A stretch of 64,000 bases of DNA from assembly GCA_964564225.1 (NCBI GenBank), contig CAZMAF010000002.1, forward strand, positions 2,199-66,198, in the 5' to 3' direction. The notes below the pieces were generated by a model. That model was not told where the DNA came from and searched no databases. It was given only the letters and a program-made list of their open reading frames with translations. Of the stretch, positions 59,341-64,000 are shown piece after piece. Within the stretch, counting starts at the first letter, position 1; each line of letters opens with the position of its first letter. This DNA is from an uncultured Lachnospiraceae bacterium. GTDB taxonomy: Bacteria > Bacillota > Clostridia > Oscillospirales > CAG-272. A program made the position numbers and the translations under genes.

Positions 59341-59365
59341 AGAAGGCGTAAGCGCCTTCTTTTTG
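59341..59365 (+). terminator. Intrinsic terminator inside the dcw cluster (between ftsL and the PBP gene)
   Basis: AGAAGGCG-TAAG-CGCCTTCT followed by TTTTG, 28 nt upstream of the PBP start. Confidence 0.65.
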
Positions 59366-59392
59366 TTATGAACCCCGCGAAAGGTATTACAA

Positions 59393-61735
59393 ATGAAAGA
59401 TATTCCCTCTATTCGATATACACTGAATTCGCGCATCAGAGTGTTGTTTATCACATTTTGCATCATCGCTTCAATTGTTATTGCACAATTGTTTTCCATG
59501 CAGATCGTATCATACGATTATTATCAGGGCAAGGTTATTGCCAATATTCAGCAGGAAACGGTGATTTCTGCGGTGCGCGGTACGATATATGACCGTAATC
59601 TGAACGTGTTGGCAGGAAATACCACGGCGTACCGTGTATTTATTTCTCCCGTTGACATTCAGAATGACGATAATGAAAATCACGACGATGCAAAATTGAT
59701 TTCAGAAACGCTTTCGGCAATTCTTGGCGTATCGTATGATGAGGTGTATCAAAAAACACAGAAAGCTAACCGAAAGGACGAAACGATTAAGAATAAGGTC
59801 GATAAAGATACCGCTGATAAGATTCGTTCTTTTATAGATGAAAACGGATTTGAAACGGAAATTTATTTACAGGCTTCGACCATTCGTTACTATCCGGGAG
59901 GTTCTCTTGCGGCAAATGTTGTTGGTGCAATGGGTACGGATAGCGGTTTGTTTGGGTTGGAATTACAGTATGATCAATATTTAGCCGGGACGAACGGAAA
60001 GTACATTACGACGAAAAACGGGCAAAGCCAGTCTTTGCCCTCAACGTATGAGTATTACGTTGCGGCGAGTGATGGTCTGAATGTGGTTTCGACTATTGAT
60101 ATGACTCTCCAGCGAATGTTGGAGGCGCAGCTTTATAACGCATACGTTAATGCAGAGGCGGGGAATAAGGTTGCGGGAATTGTCATGGATGTCAATACCG
60201 GTGAGGTGTTGGCAATGGGACAGTATCCTACTGTGAATTTGAATTCCCCCTATGTTCTTTCAAACGATGCACAGATCAAGTATGATGAATATGTTCAAAG
60301 CGGTAAAGTAGAGGCGCAGCTTGCAGATCTCGGGCTTTTGGCAGGAAGTGAGGAATATCTTGCGAAATATAATGCCATTTTGAATGAGTATAAATATGAG
60401 CTTATCTATAATTCGTGGAACAATAAGACTGTGAGTGAAACTTATGAGCCGGGTTCTACTTTTAAGGTTCTGACTTCGGCGATTGCTCTTGAAGAACAAG
60501 TGACTTCTTTTGCCGATACTTACTCTTGCCCGGGTTATTACGTTGTGGCGGGGACTAAAATTAAATGTCACAAAACGACGGGTCACGGTACACACGATTA
60601 TGCTACGCTTTTACAGCAATCCTGCAACCCTGCGTTGATGCAAGTTGCGCTCAAGATCGGACAGGAAAAGTTTTACGAGTATTTTGCAATGCTCGGTTAT
60701 ATGGAAAAAACCGGTATTGATCTTCCCGGTGAAGCAACGGGCATTTATTCTAACGAGGAAAATTTCGGTATCGTCAGTCTTGCGTGCTATTCTTTTGGGC
60801 AGACCTTCAAAACGACGATGATTCGTCAGATTACCGCAATAGCGGCAATTGCAAACGGCGGACATCTGATCACACCGCGCGTAGTAAATGCTCTTGTTGA
60901 TAATGACGGTAACATTGTGGTATCCTATCAATCCGAGGAAATCAGACAAATTATTTCTTCTTCGGTTTGCGCAGAAATTATTGACGTTCTTGAAAAAGGC
61001 GTTTCCGGTGACGGCGGCGCTAAAAATGCTTACGTTGCCGGCTATAAGATTGCGGCTAAAACAGGTACTTCCGAAAAACGCGATACCGTAAACCCCGAAA
61101 CAGGAAATAAGGATCTGCGTATCGGTTCGACGGTTGCGATTGCACCCGCTGACAATCCTCAAATTGCAGTATTAATTATTGTAGATGAGCCGAAGGGTTC
61201 GGTTTACGGTTCAACAGTTGCCGCGCCCTACGTGGCAAATTTCTTGTCTGAGGCGCTCCCGTATCTTGGCGTTGAGCGTAATTACAGCGAAGAAGAAATG
61301 GCGCGCGCCGCCGTTTCCGTTAAGAATTACGTCGGTCAGGATGTGGAAGGCGCGATTAAGGCGATTAATACGCTCGGTATTTCTTATGAGATTGTTGGCG
61401 GAGGTGATACCGTTACCGCGCAAATGCCGACGGCAGGAGCTTCTCTGACGAAAAGTGAGGGCAAGGTTATTCTTTATACTGAAGGCATTGCAACGTCGAC
61501 GCAAACGTCGATAGTCCCCGATATAGTCGGTATGACTGCCGAAGAAGCGATTAAGGCTTTACAGGCCAAAGGACTTAACGTGTTGATTTCGGGCGCGACC
61601 AATTATAACGTTGGCGGCGGTGCAAAGGTTGTGGAGCAGTCGATCGTTGCCAAGACCGAAGTGAAACGCGGTACAGTGGTTAAAATCCGGTGTCTTTATG
61701 ATGAGCCGGATGACATAGAAACGGTTATACCGTAA
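59393..61735 (+). CDS. Class B penicillin-binding protein (FtsI/PBP2B/SpoVD family) with two C-terminal PASTA domains
   Basis: N-terminal TM, dimerisation domain, transpeptidase motifs STFK, SCN and KTGT, then two PASTA repeats. Confidence 0.92.
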   Translation: MKDIPSIRYTLNSRIRVLFITFCIIASIVIAQLFSMQIVSYDYYQGKVIANIQQETVISAVRGTIYDRNLNVLAGNTTAYRVFISPVDIQNDDNENHDDAKLISETLSAILGVSYDEVYQKTQKANRKDETIKNKVDKDTADKIRSFIDENGFETEIYLQASTIRYYPGGSLAANVVGAMGTDSGLFGLELQYDQYLAGTNGKYITTKNGQSQSLPSTYEYYVAASDGLNVVSTIDMTLQRMLEAQLYNAYVNAEAGNKVAGIVMDVNTGEVLAMGQYPTVNLNSPYVLSNDAQIKYDEYVQSGKVEAQLADLGLLAGSEEYLAKYNAILNEYKYELIYNSWNNKTVSETYEPGSTFKVLTSAIALEEQVTSFADTYSCPGYYVVAGTKIKCHKTTGHGTHDYATLLQQSCNPALMQVALKIGQEKFYEYFAMLGYMEKTGIDLPGEATGIYSNEENFGIVSLACYSFGQTFKTTMIRQITAIAAIANGGHLITPRVVNALVDNDGNIVVSYQSEEIRQIISSSVCAEIIDVLEKGVSGDGGAKNAYVAGYKIAAKTGTSEKRDTVNPETGNKDLRIGSTVAIAPADNPQIAVLIIVDEPKGSVYGSTVAAPYVANFLSEALPYLGVERNYSEEEMARAAVSVKNYVGQDVEGAIKAINTLGISYEIVGGGDTVTAQMPTAGASLTKSEGKVILYTEGIATSTQTSIVPDIVGMTAEEAIKALQAKGLNVLISGATNYNVGGGAKVVEQSIVAKTEVKRGTVVKIRCLYDEPDDIETVIP

Positions 61736-61770
61736 TATACGACGTGTAATTCAAAAGAATCGAGGCTATT

Positions 61771-63216
61771 TTGAAGCTTTCTCGACTGATTGCTGTTGAC
61801 AGGGACGTTGAAATAACAGGAATAGTCACGGATTCTCGCAAAGTGCAGAAAGGAAATTTATTTCTTTGCCTGAAGGGTGAAAAAGCTGACGGACATTGCT
61901 ATGCCAAAGAAGCGTTGAACAAAGGCGCCGTAGCGATTGTGAGTGAAAAAAAACTTGGTGTTGAAAATGAAATTCTCGTTCCTGATACGCATCGCGCAGC
62001 ATCTTCGCTTTTTTCTGCGTGGTACGGCAATCCTCAGAAAGACCTTACTATTTTCGGCGTGACGGGAACAAATGGGAAAACTTCTACTGTTTCGATTCTT
62101 GATGCAATATATCGCCATGCGGGTCTGAAAACCGCTACGATCGGAACACTTGGTATTACCATTGACGATAGATCGGAGGAAAGCGATCATACAACGCCGC
62201 TCCCGGAGCTTCTTTATCAAAAACTGAGAGAAGCAAAAGACAAGGGCGTGGAGCGTGTTTTTATGGAAGTTTCTTCGCACGCTTTAGCAGGATACCGCAT
62301 TGCGGATTTATATTTTGATACTGCGATATATACCAATTTAACGCAGGATCATCTTGATTATCATAAAACGATGGCGGAATATGCCAAATCCAAACAGCTA
62401 TTGTTCCGTCAGTGCAGGAAAGGCTTATTTAATTATGATGACCCGTATAGTTACGATGCATCAAGATGCAGTCCTTGTCAGGTTTACGGTTACGGGCATA
62501 AAAAAGGAAGCGATTTTCGTATTTCGTCGATGAAAGCGCGTTCTTTTGCGGGATTGTCGTATAGGATACGCTGCCAGAATCGAATGCTCGACATTGAGTC
62601 TCCTCTTATCGGACATTTTCAGGTATATAACAGCCTTGCCGCAATATCGGCGGCGTTATTAGATGATGTTGACACGCAAACGATACAGTGTGCTTTATCT
62701 GCTTTTCGTGGTGTGAAGGGACGACTTGAAACGTTATATAACGAAGCATTTACTTTAATTCTTGATTATGCACATACACCCGATGCTCTGTTATCGGTAC
62801 TGAATGTATTGAAAGGGTATCAGCAATCGGCAAAGTATCCGAGAAGACTTCGTGTTTTGTTCGGATGCGGCGGTGATCGCGACCGTTCTAAACGCCCCAT
62901 TATGGGGCATATTGCTACACGTCTTGCTGACGATGTTATCGTGACGAGCGATAATTCAAGAAGTGAGGATAAGAGCAGTATCATTCAGGATATATTATCA
63001 GGAATGGATATTCATCAGACAGCTACTACGCTAAAGGTCATAGAAGACAGACGTGAAGCGCTGCAATATGCAATTGATTCTACTCGCGAAGGAGATATTC
63101 TCCTTGTTGCAGGTAAGGGTCACGAGGAATACGAGATTGACTGCAACGGCAAGCATGCTTTCTCGGAACGGCAAATTCTTCTCGAATGTATGCAGCGGCA
63201 TGGATACCTTCTTTGA
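61771..63216 (+). CDS. murE: UDP-MurNAc-L-Ala-D-Glu:2,6-diaminopimelate ligase (MurE, DAP-type signature)
   Basis: TTG start after GAGGC. GVTGTNGKTS, GCGGDRDRSKRP and TSDNSRSED (a DNPR-type motif with Arg retained). Confidence 0.88.
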   Translation: MKLSRLIAVDRDVEITGIVTDSRKVQKGNLFLCLKGEKADGHCYAKEALNKGAVAIVSEKKLGVENEILVPDTHRAASSLFSAWYGNPQKDLTIFGVTGTNGKTSTVSILDAIYRHAGLKTATIGTLGITIDDRSEESDHTTPLPELLYQKLREAKDKGVERVFMEVSSHALAGYRIADLYFDTAIYTNLTQDHLDYHKTMAEYAKSKQLLFRQCRKGLFNYDDPYSYDASRCSPCQVYGYGHKKGSDFRISSMKARSFAGLSYRIRCQNRMLDIESPLIGHFQVYNSLAAISAALLDDVDTQTIQCALSAFRGVKGRLETLYNEAFTLILDYAHTPDALLSVLNVLKGYQQSAKYPRRLRVLFGCGGDRDRSKRPIMGHIATRLADDVIVTSDNSRSEDKSSIIQDILSGMDIHQTATTLKVIEDRREALQYAIDSTREGDILLVAGKGHEEYEIDCNGKHAFSERQILLECMQRHGYLL

Positions 63217-63238
63217 TTCTTTTGAGAGAAATTGGATC

Positions 63239-63303
63239 TGCTTTTGCGAAGGTGAAAAGAGCGCAAAAGCAAACGCGGCTATTCTTTGGGGAATAGCCGC
63301 GTT
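63239..63303 (+). other. Two abutting perfect hairpins between murE and murF
   Basis: TGCTTTTGCG-13 nt-CGCAAAAGCA (63239-63271), then immediately AACGCGGCTATTC-TTTGGG-GAATAGCCGCGTT (63272-63303). No adjacent U-tract. Confidence 0.6.
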
Positions 63304-63349
63304 CAGTCCCTTGGTTTTACGATATAAATAAAAAGGAAAGGAACCCGTT

Positions 63350-64000
63350 ATGACAATTCATATAAGAGGCAGTTTATCTGCAAAGGACGTAGCAACTATG
63401 ACGGGCGGCAAGCTTGTCGGCGCTTGCAAAACTGATATTTTACAAATCACCACCGATTCGCGTGATATTGGTGACGGTGCGCTTTTTATCGCAATTCGCG
63501 GCGATCGGTTTGACGGTAATGATTACGTGGCTTCAGCTACTGAAAAGGGAGCAATATGCTCGTTGTGCGAGCGTGTACCCGAGGGATTCAGTGGATGTGC
63601 CGTTATTGTTGAGGATACGAGAATTGCAATGGGTTGTTTAGCAAATGCGTATATGGCGCGCGTTTCGCCCATTACGGTCGGCGTGACGGGAAGCGTCGGT
63701 AAAACCACGACGAAGGAGTTTATTTACTCAGTCCTTTCCGAACGCTATCAAACTTTAAAGACTTTTGGTAATTATAATAATGAGATTGGACTCCCGATGA
63801 CGATGCTTGGCATATCGCCCGAGCATAAGGCGGCAGTTCTTGAGATGGGTATGAGTGCGAAGGGGGAAATTGAGTATCTTTCGCGTATTGCCCGTCCCGA
63901 CATAGCCGTTATTACGACTATCGGCACGTCTCATATTGGAAATCTTGGATCGCGCGAGGCCATTCGGGATGCTAAAATGGAGATTAAGAATGGACTTAAA
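63350..64000 (+). CDS. murF: UDP-MurNAc-tripeptide:D-Ala-D-Ala ligase MurF (N-terminal 217 aa; continues beyond the window)
   Basis: Absent from the ORF track (no stop). My translation gives MTIHIRGSLSAKDVATMTGGKL...ITTDSRDIGDGALFIAIRGDRFDGNDY...GVTGSVGKTTTKE...NYNNEIGLP. Confidence 0.9.
   Translation, partial: MTIHIRGSLSAKDVATMTGGKLVGACKTDILQITTDSRDIGDGALFIAIRGDRFDGNDYVASATEKGAICSLCERVPEGFSGCAVIVEDTRIAMGCLANAYMARVSPITVGVTGSVGKTTTKEFIYSVLSERYQTLKTFGNYNNEIGLPMTMLGISPEHKAAVLEMGMSAKGEIEYLSRIARPDIAVITTIGTSHIGNLGSREAIRDAKMEIKNGLK

Noticed and set aside
63053-63331. 92-aa plus-strand ORF bridging the murE 3' end and the murE-murF spacer
   Set aside because: It is out of frame with murE, has no RBS, and its downstream half is just the translated twin hairpins.

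Overview
This window looks like chromosomal core DNA from a spore-forming, Clostridia-type Firmicute. The evidence is gene content: spoVAC-spoVAD-spoVAEb, cwlD, tilS-hpt-ftsH, gdpP-rplI-dnaB, and a dcw cluster (mraZ-rsmH-ftsL-PBP-murE-murF). I support about 60 intact CDS. Two run off the window and are missing from the ORF track: a GH38 alpha-mannosidase at the left edge and murF at the right edge. There is one tRNA-Val(GAC) with its own promoter and terminator. I found no rRNA and no CRISPR array. Many ORF-track starts needed trimming to the RBS-supported ATG, and most long antisense ORFs are shadows of real genes. Three patches are not ordinary housekeeping. (1) 8.9-10.45 kb is visibly AT-rich and holds only gene fragments: an ATPase tail, a PD-(D/E)xK nuclease N-terminus fused out of frame to a specificity-subunit-like tail, and a 30-aa integrase N-terminus. 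Two strong orphan promoters and a long hairpin also sit here. (2) 34.57-40.47 kb is bounded by direct copies of the 3' part of an SGNH-hydrolase gene. One copy is a truncated pseudogene that shares a 183-bp perfectly identical block with the intact gene. The segment between them carries an atypical P-type ATPase, an HPr paralogue lacking Ser46, a five-copy iteron-like array, tRNA-Val and a frameshifted serine-recombinase pseudogene. (3) 29.4-32.2 kb encodes a second MurE with an L-Lys-type signature next to a D-aspartate-ligase-like ATP-grasp enzyme, while the dcw-cluster MurE has a DAP-type signature. I do not see a complete, obviously novel multi-gene defence system. The MurE/ATP-grasp module, the iteron array beside tRNA-Val, and the O-antigen-ligase-like protein with two DUF4330-like partners are the best candidates for follow-up. 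All family assignments come from motifs read by eye, with no database search.
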